Positions 30,968 to 41,818 are shown, numbered from the stretch's first letter. The stretch is 64,000 bases of DNA from Candidatus Marinacidobacterales bacterium (GCA_965237955.1 OZ250169.1:2784001-2848000); one strand, 5' to 3'. Numbers and translations are program-made. Notes: generated by a model not told the origin, from the letters alone.

Positions 30968-32009
30968 CTATCGCCTTTCATCCACGAGAGCTCGCTCGAA
31001 GCCGCCCCACGAATCGAGCGTCGTCGTCGATCGCACGAGATGCATCCCCGCGGACTCGAAGTCGCGATAAGCGGCCTCTGCCTGGTCGGTGAAATCCACG
31101 ACGCCGGGGACCACGACTGGCGAGCTGCAATCCTCGAGGAGATACACGTTCGCAGCGAGCGCTGGGTCGCGTTTTCGGATCTCCGTGAGCAGATCCGCCA
31201 CCGTCCACGCGACGCAGTGGCTCTTCGCTTGCCCGGCCACGATGAGAGCGTCGTAGCCGAGGAGCTCGTCTATTAGCGCCCCGTTGGGCCTGTTGGACTC
31301 GTCGAGCTTCTCGCCGTGGGCGTCATCGAGGACTTCGGGTCGCAGCACCGAATAGTTCTCGGTCAAGGGATGGACGCCTTTGACTTCGAAACCGGTTTGA
31401 GAGCTACGGACCATGTTGTGAAAAAACAGTGCCTCTTCGACCGCGGAGACGAGGGCGTGCCCGACCCCGCCGAGCATCGCGTGGTACGGCCACACCATGA
31501 GCGAGTAGAACCCATCGCGGCTCAAACTCCTGCAGTAGTGGATGAGATATTCCTGATCGACGCCGAGCTCGACCGACACCCGTGGGTTCACTTTCCATCG
31601 GCCCGACTCCACATCCTCGAGCGAGACCGCGGTCATCGGTTCGGGATGGTTGCCGGCGTCGTCCACGAGGAAGACGCTATGGAAGATTTGCATCGCGGTA
31701 TGAGTGTCGAGAGTCGCGTGGATGCGCGTGATCGAAGAGAGGTTCTCGTAGATGAACCGGCACAGCCGGGTGTTGTCCTCCACTGCCGCCATTCCCGATC
31801 GACCGGCCACGAAGAACTCGAACTCCGGGATGCAGAACGTGTTTTGAACGTCGACGAGAAGAAGTCCGACGCGGTGCTCATCGCTCGCAGACGGTGCCGC
31901 CCCGCGCTCGTCGCGCCAGAGCCTCGCGTCCTCGGCGCGATCTTCATAGGGCACGCGATAAATCTCCGATACCTTCTTGGGATCGAAATAGGGCGGGCAA
32001 CATCGCCAT
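30968..32009 (-). pseudogene. pncA: Nicotinamidase/isochorismatase-family protein with a frameshift in the first codons
   Basis: VDVQNTF, TLDTH, WPYHAM, GQAKSHCV; ATG coupled to the nrtR stop is out of frame near 31995; GTG 31954 could give a shortened protein. Confidence 0.7.
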
Positions 32010-32680
32010 CAGAAAACCTCGACGAGCTCGGGCGTTTTGCTTTCGAAACGATAGAGCATGGCGGGACGATGGCGTCTCCCCGTAGACTTCTCCCCCAACG
32101 CGGTGACCAGACCGAGAGCCAGTATTTTTTTCCTGAAATTCCGTTTGTCGAGCGGTTTGTTCAACACCGTCTCGTAGGCGGTCTGTAGCTCGCTCAGTGT
32201 GAATTTTTCCGGAAGCAGCGACCACATGCAATTGGTGTATTGGATTTTCGTGGCAATCCGCCTCTTGGCGTAGTCGAGAATCTCAGCGTGATCGTAGGCG
32301 AGCTCTGCCGGGAGTCGCTCACAATCCCAGAATCGAACCGCGCGGTATTTGTCCGTGGTGGTGAGCTCGAGCCCCTCTCGAGGAATGAGCGACACGTAGG
32401 CGACGGAAATCACCCGGCCGTCGGGATCGCGAGTCTTGTCGTCGAACGTATAGAGCTGCTCCAAGTAGACGTGGTGCACACCGGTCTGGCGTTCGAGGAT
32501 GCGCGCCGCCGCGGCGTCGAGTGTCTCGCCGTCGGCCATGAGCCCGCCGGGAAGAGCCCAAACGTTGTCGAAAGGCTCTTTCATCATCTGAATCAGGAGC
32601 ACGTCGAGGCGCCCGTCGATCACGGTGAAAATGCAGTTGTCGACGGCAACGCTGACTTCTTGTTTTTTGTTGATTCTCAT
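32009..32680 (-). CDS. nrtR: NrtR-family Nudix-related transcriptional regulator
   Basis: WALPGG, LEQLYTF, RDP, LAYDH, FTLSELQ.AYE, LDKRNFRKKI, RPAMLY; heads the pncA-pncB operon. Confidence 0.92.
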   Translation of the reverse strand: MRINKKQEVSVAVDNCIFTVIDGRLDVLLIQMMKEPFDNVWALPGGLMADGETLDAAAARILERQTGVHHVYLEQLYTFDDKTRDPDGRVISVAYVSLIPREGLELTTTDKYRAVRFWDCERLPAELAYDHAEILDYAKRRIATKIQYTNCMWSLLPEKFTLSELQTAYETVLNKPLDKRNFRKKILALGLVTALGEKSTGRRHRPAMLYRFESKTPELVEVF

Positions 32681-32690
32681 ACACTTAGAG

Positions 32691-32743
32691 TTAGTGTTAT
32701 CTACACACGATCTATTCTAGTAGAACTCCTGCGAGAGAGTCAA
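32691..32743 (-). promoter_or_regulatory. NrtR operator (32691-32711) and sigma70 promoter TTGACT-18-TAGAAT
   Basis: TTAGTGT-N7-ACACGAT fits the 21-bp GT-N7-AC NrtR palindrome and overlaps the predicted transcription start. Confidence 0.7.
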
Positions 32744-32828
32744 GTGGGCGGAGAAGCCCGGATCCTTACAACCCCTCTCCCCCGTTGGGGGAGAGGGAAA
32801 GTCGGTGCGGCTCGCTTCGCGAGCCGGT

Positions 32829-34388
32829 CTAAATTAGTCCAGCCGCGCCGGCAAACGACAGGATCTCCCCCGCTGACTGGAACCGGTCCCCCGGAGCTTT
32901 CGCAAGGCAGAGCAAGACGAGCTCCTCGAGCTTTTCATCGATGTCGGTGCGCTTGGCTCGAAGCGGCGGCGGCGGTGTGTGGAGATGGTGCATGAGGAGG
33001 TTCCCCTCGGTAAAAGGTGTTCGGCCCACGAGAAGCTCGTAGAGCGTCGCTCCCAACGAGTAAACGTCGGAGCGCGCATCGGTCGGCCGTCCCTGGATCG
33101 CTTCCGGCGAAATGTATTTCGGAGTCCCCGACATCGAAAACGCCCATCTCTCCCCGTCTTGTTCCTCGTCGGCCGGCCGGGCGAGACCGAAATCGAGAAG
33201 CTTCACCCGATGATCGACGGTGAGCAGGACGTTCGACGGTTTCAGATCACGGTGAATGATCCCGCGGCTGTGAGCGTGGTCGAGGCCCTGGCACACGGAC
33301 ACCAACCAGTGGAGCGCTTCTGCAAGGTCGAGCCACGTCTGCTTGCGAAGGATCGCTTGATAGCTCTCACCTTCGATGAGCTCCATGCAAATGAACGCGT
33401 TGTCGCCGTCGAAACCGAGGTCGTACACGGTCACGATATTGGGATGATTCAACGCCGCCGCCGCACGAGCTTCGTTCAAGAGCTGGTCGCGCGCGTTTTT
33501 TTCTTTGGCGAAGGACTCCGCCAAAACTTTGTAGGCAACGGGCCGCTTGAGAAGATGGTCGTACGCCTTGTAGACGGAACCCATGCCGCCTTTTCCAAGC
33601 ATGCCGGTGATCTCGTAACGCGCTTTGTCTCGGTGCGTCGTGACAGGCTTCGCGCTTTTGATCGTCTTCGCGCGCGTTTTTTCGTCGTCGATCCTCTTTT
33701 GAAGCTTCTTATGGCGCATGCTCGCGCCGTGATAGTCGTAGCGCACCGCCATGACCCGATGAAGGATATCGGCCGCCTCTTCGTAGCGCCCCTCGGATTC
33801 TTCGGCCTTCGCCAGTTCGTTCCACAGTTCAACATTGTCGGCCGTGACCTCTTTGCCAGTGAGTACGGTGCGGAGCTTCTCGGAAGCGAGAGATGCCCAG
33901 CCGCGGCGCTCGAACGCCCGGGAGAGCTCGACGACCGCGACGACGTAGTTCGAATCCGTCGGTGGCACCTGTTGCAGGTATTCGACCATTTTGGTCTCGG
34001 AGTTTGCTTCGGCCGCCGATTTCGCCGCGTCGAAGAATCGCTTCGACTTCGCAAAGAGCAATCCTGCGAGCTCGAAGTCGCCTAACTCGAAGTAGAGCTC
34101 GGCCGCCTTTTCCTTCTCGCCCGCTTTGACGAACAACTCTGCGGCGCGACCTCGTACTTCGGCGCGCAGAGCGGTAGCGGCCGCTTCTGCGTACGCCCCG
34201 GCCTGTTCGTAGCACTCGGACGCTCGCTCCAACTCCCCCGCGGTGTCGAACACTTCGGCAGCGCGTAGCGGATCCCCACCCTTCAGGAACGCTTCGGCGG
34301 CCGCGACCGCGTCCCCTCTGGAGAGCTTTTCGTCCCCAAGCAAGTTCGCGGCCTCGCGTGCATCGCCGGCCTTTTCGTAGAGCTCGGC
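32829..34388 (-). pseudogene. TPR-repeat Ser/Thr kinase, 5' end removed at IS5
   Basis: Ala-rich helical repeats then LGKGGMG, HRDLKPSN, DFG, GTPKYISPE; ORF start lies inside the IS TIR. Confidence 0.85.
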
Positions 34389-35475
34389 TGCCTTGGTGCA
34401 CAACTCGCGATCTCGGTCCACAATTGTCCTGTACTCGCGGATACGAGGTTCCCCATGAGCATTTTCAAACGCACTCAGCGGAAGTATGTGAAGAAGGCCT
34501 ATCGCGTGAAGAATTGGCGTGAATATGAGGCGGGTCTACGCAACCGCGGGAGCCTGACCGTCTGGATCTCGCTCACCGCCGGCAAGCTTGTGAACTGGGA
34601 CGCGCCCCGGCCAAGGAGGAGGAAACCGGGCCGTCAACGCAAGTACTCGAACCACGCCATCGAGACGGCTGTCACCCTGGGCATGGTGTTTCATCTGTCA
34701 TCTAGGCAGAGCGAGGGATTGCTGCGGTCGTTGTTCGCTCTGATGAAGCTAGGCAATGATGTGCCCGATCACACCACGATCTCGAGGCGCAAGGCGAAGC
34801 TGGGTAAGGTCCCCTTCTACCAAGACAAGCAGAAGACGCCGTTGCACATCTTGATCGACAGCAGCGGTCTCGCTGTCCACGCCGGCCAGCTGCGCAGAGC
34901 ACCAAAGAGCAGGGACTATCGCAAGCTCCATCTGTGTGTCGACGAGCAGACTGGCGAAGTCGTTGCCGGCGAGCTGACGAGCAAAAGAGCCCGCGATTCA
35001 TCGCGGGTTGCATCGCTTGTCGGACAGATCGACAGTCCCATCTCATCGGCCAGAGCTGACACCGCATACGACGCCGGCGGTGTCTATGAGGCAATCGAGA
35101 ATCACAGCGCTCATCGCTCGCCGAGGGTGTTGATACCGCCGCGCAAGGGCGCCCTGCTCGCATCGGGGCCGGCGAGCAGCCGACAGCGCAATCGCAACAT
35201 TGCAGCACAAGCTCGGCTCGGCAAACGAAAGTGGCACACAGAATCGGGCTACAGCAAACGGAGCAAAGTCGAGACAACGTTCCATCGCTACAAGGCTATC
35301 GTGGGCTCAGCGATGCGAGCGAGAGGGTTGGCGGCACAGAGAGTCGAGGCAAGGATCGGGTGCAAGATTCTCAACACCATGACGGCGCTCGGGATGCCTG
35401 ATAGCGAGATGATCGGATGATGGGAGTCGGGGCCAAGCGAGCTCTCGGCCTCTATCGGAGTTGTGCACCAAGGCA
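34389..35475 (+). mobile_element. IS5-family element, type A copy 2, 1087 bp
   Basis: Same 18-bp TIRs as 15902-16988; no target-site duplication. Confidence 0.93.
34455..35420 (+). CDS. IS5-family transposase
   Basis: Near-identical to 15968-16933. Confidence 0.93.
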   Translation: MSIFKRTQRKYVKKAYRVKNWREYEAGLRNRGSLTVWISLTAGKLVNWDAPRPRRRKPGRQRKYSNHAIETAVTLGMVFHLSSRQSEGLLRSLFALMKLGNDVPDHTTISRRKAKLGKVPFYQDKQKTPLHILIDSSGLAVHAGQLRRAPKSRDYRKLHLCVDEQTGEVVAGELTSKRARDSSRVASLVGQIDSPISSARADTAYDAGGVYEAIENHSAHRSPRVLIPPRKGALLASGPASSRQRNRNIAAQARLGKRKWHTESGYSKRSKVETTFHRYKAIVGSAMRARGLAAQRVEARIGCKILNTMTALGMPDSEMIG

Positions 35476-35493
35476 CCCGCGTGCCCCATCCGG

Positions 35494-36021
35494 CTATTGG
35501 CCGACAGGGCTCATGAAGCCGCCGCTCACGGCGATCAGCACGAGCATGACACCCCACCCGGCCACGCACACCACCACCGCGCGCCATGTCGTCGTGAAAT
35601 CAAGCGCCTGCCGCACCGCCACCACCATCGCGACGAGCATCCAGATCGCTACCACCAGAAGAAGCAGGTCGCCGAGCAGCCCTGGCACGATGCCAAGCAC
35701 GCGCACCACGCCTGGGGCCGCCGCGAAGCCGGTGGTCCGGAGCAACTCCCCCACATCGGAGCGCGTCTGGGGCTGCGCGAAGACCTTGGTGCCGAGGACG
35801 TAGATCAGGACAGCCCAGATGAGCCAGCCGAGCAGCGCCCCCAGGGTGCCGACGATGAAGTCCGCGCCCTGGCCCCCCGCCAGGCCGATACCGCCGGCCA
35901 CGCTCGAGAGGACAACCACACCCATCGCCTGCGCGGTGGCTCTCGGATCCGCCTCGACCTCCTCGTAGATGTTTGGTTTCAGACGGGCAGCGCCAACGAC
36001 GCGTTCAGCAAAGGTATGCAT
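35494..36021 (-). CDS. Yip1-family membrane protein
   Basis: YEEVEAD..AT.QA, ELLRTTGFAAAPG, VAVRQALD; about five TM helices. Confidence 0.75.
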   Translation of the reverse strand: MHTFAERVVGAARLKPNIYEEVEADPRATAQAMGVVVLSSVAGGIGLAGGQGADFIVGTLGALLGWLIWAVLIYVLGTKVFAQPQTRSDVGELLRTTGFAAAPGVVRVLGIVPGLLGDLLLLVVAIWMLVAMVVAVRQALDFTTTWRAVVVCVAGWGVMLVLIAVSGGFMSPVGQ

Positions 36022-36082
36022 ACGCTTACAGAGTATGCCATGCCTCGTTGTGATCCGCATAAAAGAAGATCGCCTATCGATG

Positions 36083-36165
36083 GGCCCTTGGTCCGGTCGC
36101 AAACACAGGTACTGAGCTGCTGATTTATGGTCTATTTCAAAAGCGCCGAGTTTTGGCACAGGACG
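36083..36165 (+). repeat. Family C element terminus (...AGCTGCTGATTTATGGTCTATTTC...GAGTTTTGGCACA-GGACG)
   Basis: Copies end at 41818, 60195, 60942, 62341 and (inverted) start at 61959; shorter variants at 44546, 46436, 49192. Confidence 0.8.
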
Positions 36166-36836
36166 GGGTGCCTGAATCTGAGGTCAGCGCGGCGCTCGCT
36201 GATTTCCCTATGAATGCTCTTTTGGTGTTTAACAAAGTAACTGGAGTAGGAAACAGACGTACTTTCTCGCCCACTCTCATGCCAGTTTCTGGGTTTGGAG
36301 ACAGCCTAAATCTGATTCGGACTAAGAGAACACCAACTCTTTACGCTGGCTTGTGCGCAAACTTGTCGTCGCTTTGCTTAGATTTTACGGCCCGCCAGAA
36401 AGTCGGTGGAGTGAACATTAACTTCTTTCACGTTCAGCAATTGCCAGTTCTAGGCCCGAACTTCTACACGGAGCCCCGCTTCGCCTTCCTTGTCCCCAAG
36501 GTTCTCGAACTCATCTACACCTCTCACACAATGGCTCCCTTTGCCCGCGATCTCGGCCATGGCGGCCCCCCATTCGCCTGGGATGAGGAACGACGCGCGT
36601 GCCTGCGCGCCGATCTCGACGCCTTCTACGCCCGCGCCTACGGTCTGATCCGCGACGAGCTGCGCTACATCCTCGACCCCGCCGACGTGAAGGGCCCCGA
36701 CTACCCGTCGGAAACCTTCCGCGTACTCAAGGAAAAGGAAATCCGCCAATACGGTGAATATCGCACGCGCCTCCTCGTCCTCGCCGCGTGGGACCGGATG
36801 GAGGCGAATGGCCAATTCACGGGACTTGGTTTGTGA
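36166..36836 (+). pseudogene. C-terminal fragment of a type IIG (Eco57I-like) restriction-modification protein
   Basis: ANLSSLCLDFTARQKVGG, LRADLDAFYARAYGL.RDELRYILDP, ETFRVLKEKEIRQYGEYRT; begins at a family C terminus. Confidence 0.8.
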
Positions 36837-37594
36837 TCGAAACGCCCCAAGGTTTCGTCGTCGCTGAGGAATGCCGAAAGGCCGCTTGGCAGAACGGCTA
36901 TCGCCGCCCGCTGGAAGAGGAGGCCGGCTGGGCACGATACGGCTCCACCACTGCGAAGGGGACCATCTACGTCTCCGCGACGGGGCCTTCCGGTCCCTGG
37001 TTCCTCGCTCTCGACCACACGGGCGTCGTCGAGGAACTGGAGCATCCACGCGCCGACATGCCCGGTCCCGGCCTTGCCCGCTATGCCTTCGCCAGGCTAA
37101 CCGAACTTTATGCGGTGCTGCCCAAGGTCTACGATCTTGGCGTAGCGTTGCCCGAGGCCCCGCTCGAAGACTTCCGCGCCGCAACCCGCGACCTGCCAAA
37201 GACCACCGAGGCAGAGCGCCTCGTCGTTCAGCGCATCGGCCAGGGCATCTTTCGCGACCGCCTGCTGACCTACTGGCAGGGCCGTTGCCCCTTGACCGGA
37301 ATCACGGACCGAGACCTGCTGCGTGCCTCGCACATCATTCCCTGGAAGGACTGCCCCGACGACGCCGAACGTCTGAACATTCACAACGGACTGCTTCTCT
37401 CAGCACTTTGGGATGCGGCCTTTGACAGGGGACTAATAACCTTCGATGACGACGGGAGACCAGAGTTCTCGCCTCCCCTGAGCGAGCCGGCACGAACCGA
37501 GCTGCATTGGCATCATCCCATTCCGTTGACAGAGAAGCACCAGAAACGGCTTGCATGGCATCGAGCGAATCATTTCAAGAAAGACCAGGGATGA
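36833..37594 (+). CDS. HNH endonuclease (HNH_2-type, restriction-associated)
   Basis: QRIGQGIFR, CPLTGI, LRASHIIPW, NGLLL...DAAFDRGLITF; GTG overlaps the RM stop. Confidence 0.88.
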   Translation: MIETPQGFVVAEECRKAAWQNGYRRPLEEEAGWARYGSTTAKGTIYVSATGPSGPWFLALDHTGVVEELEHPRADMPGPGLARYAFARLTELYAVLPKVYDLGVALPEAPLEDFRAATRDLPKTTEAERLVVQRIGQGIFRDRLLTYWQGRCPLTGITDRDLLRASHIIPWKDCPDDAERLNIHNGLLLSALWDAAFDRGLITFDDDGRPEFSPPLSEPARTELHWHHPIPLTEKHQKRLAWHRANHFKKDQG

Positions 37595-37855
37595 CATCAC
37601 GTTTCATTGAAGCGATGCCCGTGGTATGCCCCCAAAAACTGGCCCAAACACAGCTGAAGGAAGTCGCATAGACTGAAGCTCCAGTGGGGAGGGTCCAAGT
37701 GAAGAACCGTTTCTCCGAAGAGAAGTTCGTACCCAATCGGGTCGCACTGAGCATGAACGTCGTCAAGACCATCAAGCGCTCTTCTCGCGTGGAGAGGATC
37801 TCGTGAGGTTGATTTACATGGACGAGGCTGGTATCGGAAATCCTGCCGAGGAGCC

Positions 37856-38340
37856 CGTCCTGTCCAAAAACACAAACGAACTCAAGAGTGGCGCGCCGGG
37901 CCGTTTCGATCGCGTCGTGTCCAAAAATACAAACGCACTCTAAGACCCGCGCGACGGGCCATCGTCGAGTTCAGCTATCATTAATTATGGAGAGCGCCAC
38001 CATCAAGGACTTGGCAACGCGTTTGTGTTTTTCGTGACGACGGGCTCGTTCGCCTACGGCGTCAAAGAGTCCGTGAGTGTGGCCTGTGCCTTCTATTTAT
38101 TCATCCGCGCGCCCAGAACTTGATTAGCGTCGTGTCCAAAAATACAAACGAACTCAAGACCGGCTCGCCGGGACGTTTCGGAATAGACGTATCTACGCTT
38201 GATTGGCCAATGGGAGCTACCCTTGACACTGTTGGTCGTCGCAATCGCTGGTTGGCTCCAGCGTGACCAACAGGCCGCTATCGCGTCCTGTCCAAAAACA
38301 CAAACGAACTCAAGACCGGCGAGTCTGCGCCGTTTCGATC
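37856..38340 (+). mobile_element. Stack of nested TGT-type termini (families B and A) with an rve-integrase N-terminal remnant
   Basis: CGTCS-TGTCCAAAAAYACAAACG at 37856, 37913, 38128, 38284; CC-TGTGCCTTCTATTTATTCATCCG at 38083; remnant MIGQWELPLTLLVVAIAGWLQRDQQ at 38199. Confidence 0.75.
37913..38043. mobile_element. ~130-bp MITE, family B (degenerate, inverted relative to 59664-59792)
   Basis: Aligns by eye to the reverse complement of 59664-59792. Confidence 0.7.
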
Positions 38341-41167
38341 GTCATCGACCCGTGGCGAGCCCCAGATCTGGGGCGTGTCGGAGGCGATGTCGGCGATTCG
38401 GGTTCCCCGTACGCGCAGGGAAAACACCGTTCAGCAACGAGGTGCCACGCTCCCGGGCGGAGACCTGGATCCAGGCCCGGGCCGCACATGGACCAGAACG
38501 TGCTAGCCGGCTACGCCACGGTAGCCCTGGCCTCGATTCTGGACCCCTCGGGCGGCCTCTTTTCCGCTGCCCGCAAGGTCCCCGGTCAGATGGCGCAAAC
38601 GTGGCACTCGAAAATCGGGATTAGAGACGAATGCCGAAAATGAGGCCCGTTCAGCCCTTCTAGCGCATCTCTGGTGCCACCTACCCTTGCAAAACCCCGC
38701 CAACCGCGCGGAAAATCTCATCCGTCTCTGCAGTGCCACAGTTTGCAAGACTGGGTGGCGGATGGTGCAGTCTCGAGCCATCCGGTCTCGGCAAAAGGTA
38801 TTTTGGCAATTTTGGGAGTCAGGATCGAATTTTGGCCGTGCGCGTGGTTGGGGCAATGTAGCGAAAACTCAGAGAAGCCCTGATGCCCACAGCGTTCTAT
38901 CCTGTTTTGTTACAGTGACTTAACGGAAGCCACCACGTGCTGGTCCCCGCACATCTCATCGGCGGGTGCTCGTTCCGAGCCGGAATCGAATTTGCTTCAA
39001 TCAAATTTCTTGTACGGCAATCTCAACCTCCTGGACGCTTGAAAGAGGGCCGTGTCGTAAACCCTCCGGAGGCGGCTCCGACCGTTACTCATTGTCGCAA
39101 AAGGCTTTACGTCTCATCAGCGAATGTTCGTCGACGGGAACATCTTTCCGGCTATCGCAGTCAGGAGGCTCGAGTGGAGCTTCCGATTCTTGGCTGGAAA
39201 CGATCAGAAACAGAGCAAAACAGGCCATTAACGTGCAATTTGGGGCGATTTTGGGGCTTATCGGGACGTTTTTCCACTTAATCGCGCAGACAATGAGAAG
39301 ACGCTCTACGCCTAGATCGCGCCTGAGGAGAGGACGAATAGCGGAATTCGAATTGGCCAAACCTCGAATTCATCCAGTGGAGTTTTACGGAGGAAACGAA
39401 GATGACTCCGCAGACGGTCCAGTACAAGGAGCTATCCGAGTCTGGAAACCATGACAGGGAATTTGGGCCAGTTTGAGGCTGATTGGTGGAGGCCAGTGTC
39501 GGAGAGCAGCTTGCTGCTAACCGAGGCCATTCACGAAGTGGGCGCTGGAGGCTCACAGCGTTTTGACGAGCACTCGCTGTTTCTCCCAATCGTCGGGAAG
39601 CGGATGATGCAAGAGGTAGCTCGAGGTCAGCCCAACGGGCTGGCGGCCTTCGACAATGGCGCGGACGATGTCGGGAGCCAGGAAGGCATAACGGATTGCC
39701 TTGCGCACGCGGTCCGTTGGGATGGCGTTTTCGGTGGCAATCTGCTCATAGGTTTTGCCTGCTTTGATTCGGTCGAGCCAGGAGAGGGCGTTTCTGATAT
39801 TGCGCAGGAGTGTGCGGTCGACGGATTTCGTGGGGTTGCCCAGAACGAGCTTGGTCTCGACGCCGCGTCGACGCAAGCGGAACGGTGCGAGGATGCGGAG
39901 TGCATCCTCGCGAATGCGGTCAGGTCCCATAGACAGGCAATCAGCGAACGCATTGCGGTCGAGCAGGATGGACACAGAGCCGGGGCTGATATCGACCTGC
40001 CGGATAAGACGGAGCAGGGGGGCTGCCGAGGCACTATCATCATTAGTATCGGAACACAGCCCGTCTAAAAAGCGACGCACCGAGGCGAGCTCTTGCATCG
40101 TCGGAGTGTGGATCAACGAGGCCGAGAAGGTCGTGACATCCACATGCTGTCGGATGAGATGCACGACGGTCTGTTCCAGCATCGGGGCGGGCAGTCGCCA
40201 GCCGGAGAGGTCCTTTTGACCACTGTGCTGGATGAGGCGCCGGGAGACGTAGTAGCGGAGCCGTTGCCCGTTTTTCTTTTTGGTGTGGCTCGGCGTCAGC
40301 CGGTCGCCGGTCTCGTCGAAGAGCTTGCCTGCCAGTGGGGAACGGGCTGCACGGCCCTTCGTCGTGCGTCTCCTTGGTTTGGCAGCCCCTGCCTGCAGCT
40401 GCGTTTGGACCGCGTCCCAGAGCTCCGGAGCAATGATCGATGGATGCTGGCCCTCGTAGACACACCTCTGGTGCCGGATGCGGCCGGCGTAGAGAGGATT
40501 GGTCAGCAGGCAGTGGAGGTGTCCGCGACGGAACGGCAGCCCGCCCGTTCGGGTTCCATCCGCGGTGAAGCGTTGCTTGGTACGCAGTCTCAGACGGTCC
40601 GCCTCGGCCTTCACCTGCCGGAGCGTTTCGTGCTTTCGGTACAGCGCATAGAGCGTCCGGACCGTTTCGGCCTCAGCCTCGTTGATGCGCAGCGTGCGCC
40701 CGTCCTTCTCATAGCCGAGCGGTACGCGGCCGCCCATCCATAGTCCCTTGCGCTTGGAGGCAGCGACCTTATCGCGGATCCGCTCGGCCGTGACCTCGCG
40801 TTCGAATTGTGCGAAGGACAGCAGCATATGCAGCGTCAGTCGTCCCATGCTGGTCGCGGTGTTGAAGGACTGAGTCACCGAGACGAAAACCGCGCCGGCC
40901 GCCTCGAGCCGCTCGACGAGCTTTGCAAAGTCGGAGAGGGAACGGGTCAGCCGGTCGACCTTGTAGACCACAATCTGGTCGACGAGACCTGCGTCGATGT
41001 CGGCGAGCAAGCGCTGCAGGCCCGGGCGCTCCAGGGTTCCTCCCGAGAGCCCCGCGTCCTCGTAGACGGTTGGCAGCAGCACCCAGCCCTCCGCTTTCTG
41101 GCTCGCGACATACGCGGCGCAGGCTTCTCGCTGCGCATCGAGGGAGTTGAACTCCTGTTCGAGACCC
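38284..41167. repeat. ~2.9-kb duplicated segment, copy 1
   Basis: Colinear with 56636-59663, with scattered substitutions. Confidence 0.92.
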
Positions 41168-41214
41168 TCTTCCGCACTCTTTCGCGTATAGATGGCACAG
41201 CGGATCTTCTTCAT
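39553..41214 (-). CDS. Large serine recombinase (resolvase + recombinase domains), intact
   Basis: RCAIYTRKS, SLDAQREAC, VYKVDRLTRS, FAQFERE, WMGGRVPLGY, NPLYAG; 553 aa. Confidence 0.93.
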   Translation of the reverse strand: MKKIRCAIYTRKSAEEGLEQEFNSLDAQREACAAYVASQKAEGWVLLPTVYEDAGLSGGTLERPGLQRLLADIDAGLVDQIVVYKVDRLTRSLSDFAKLVERLEAAGAVFVSVTQSFNTATSMGRLTLHMLLSFAQFEREVTAERIRDKVAASKRKGLWMGGRVPLGYEKDGRTLRINEAEAETVRTLYALYRKHETLRQVKAEADRLRLRTKQRFTADGTRTGGLPFRRGHLHCLLTNPLYAGRIRHQRCVYEGQHPSIIAPELWDAVQTQLQAGAAKPRRRTTKGRAARSPLAGKLFDETGDRLTPSHTKKKNGQRLRYYVSRRLIQHSGQKDLSGWRLPAPMLEQTVVHLIRQHVDVTTFSASLIHTPTMQELASVRRFLDGLCSDTNDDSASAAPLLRLIRQVDISPGSVSILLDRNAFADCLSMGPDRIREDALRILAPFRLRRRGVETKLVLGNPTKSVDRTLLRNIRNALSWLDRIKAGKTYEQIATENAIPTDRVRKAIRYAFLAPDIVRAIVEGRQPVGLTSSYLLHHPLPDDWEKQRVLVKTL

Positions 41215-41215
41215 G

Positions 41216-41647
41216 TTAGGCCTTGCGCTTGGGCGTGAGACCGAAAAAGCGTGGTCCTGACCAGTGGGTGCCGGTGATTCGCTTTGCGATGGTAGTGAGG
41301 GACGGATAGGTTTTGCCATCGAACCGATAGCCGTTGTCGATTACCTCGACCTGGTAGGTCCGGCCATTCCACTCGCGGACGAGATGGGTGCCGGCAGAAA
41401 CGGACCCTGCGGGAGCGCCGGAGCTTGGTGTCTCGTTCGCCATGGCAGCCAGAGCGCGCCGGGTTGCGGCCGAAAGCCCGCCATGGGTCCGGCACTGGCG
41501 TTCGTGCAAGAGAACGCGGCGCAGGAAAACACGCGAGAGCGAGCTTGGAGGAGCAGCCCCAAAGGTCTGCTCCCAGACCCGCCGTAAGCTGGCGAAGTCC
41601 AAACCGTCCAAAACGACGTTCCGGCCAACCCCTGTATCCTGCGGCAT
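41216..41647 (-). CDS. DUF2924-family protein
   Basis: GTHLVREWNG, YPSLT.IAKRITGTHWSGPRFFGL; the usual partner of this recombinase type. Confidence 0.85.
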   Translation of the reverse strand: MPQDTGVGRNVVLDGLDFASLRRVWEQTFGAAPPSSLSRVFLRRVLLHERQCRTHGGLSAATRRALAAMANETPSSGAPAGSVSAGTHLVREWNGRTYQVEVIDNGYRFDGKTYPSLTTIAKRITGTHWSGPRFFGLTPKRKA

Positions 41648-41818
41648 CACCGAACGTTCGCTCTTGTGCTCGATAAAGTCCAGTCTAATGAGGGACTTCC
41701 GGGTGCGAAGTTCACTGCCCGTAGCTCGCCACGCAGCCCAAGGGTCGGCGGATTCCAAGGGCGTCTAAGCTGCTGATTTGTGGTCTATTTCAAGAGGGGC
41801 GAGTTTTGGCACAGGACG

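Noticed and set aside
38750-38790. Intact tRNA gene
   Set aside because: Only a 3'-end-like segment is present; there is no cloverleaf or canonical TTCG T-loop.
38937-39454. ORFs of 114 and 162 aa preserved in both duplicate copies as real genes
   Set aside because: They overlap in several frames, have non-protein-like composition and many non-synonymous differences; persistence reflects recent duplication.
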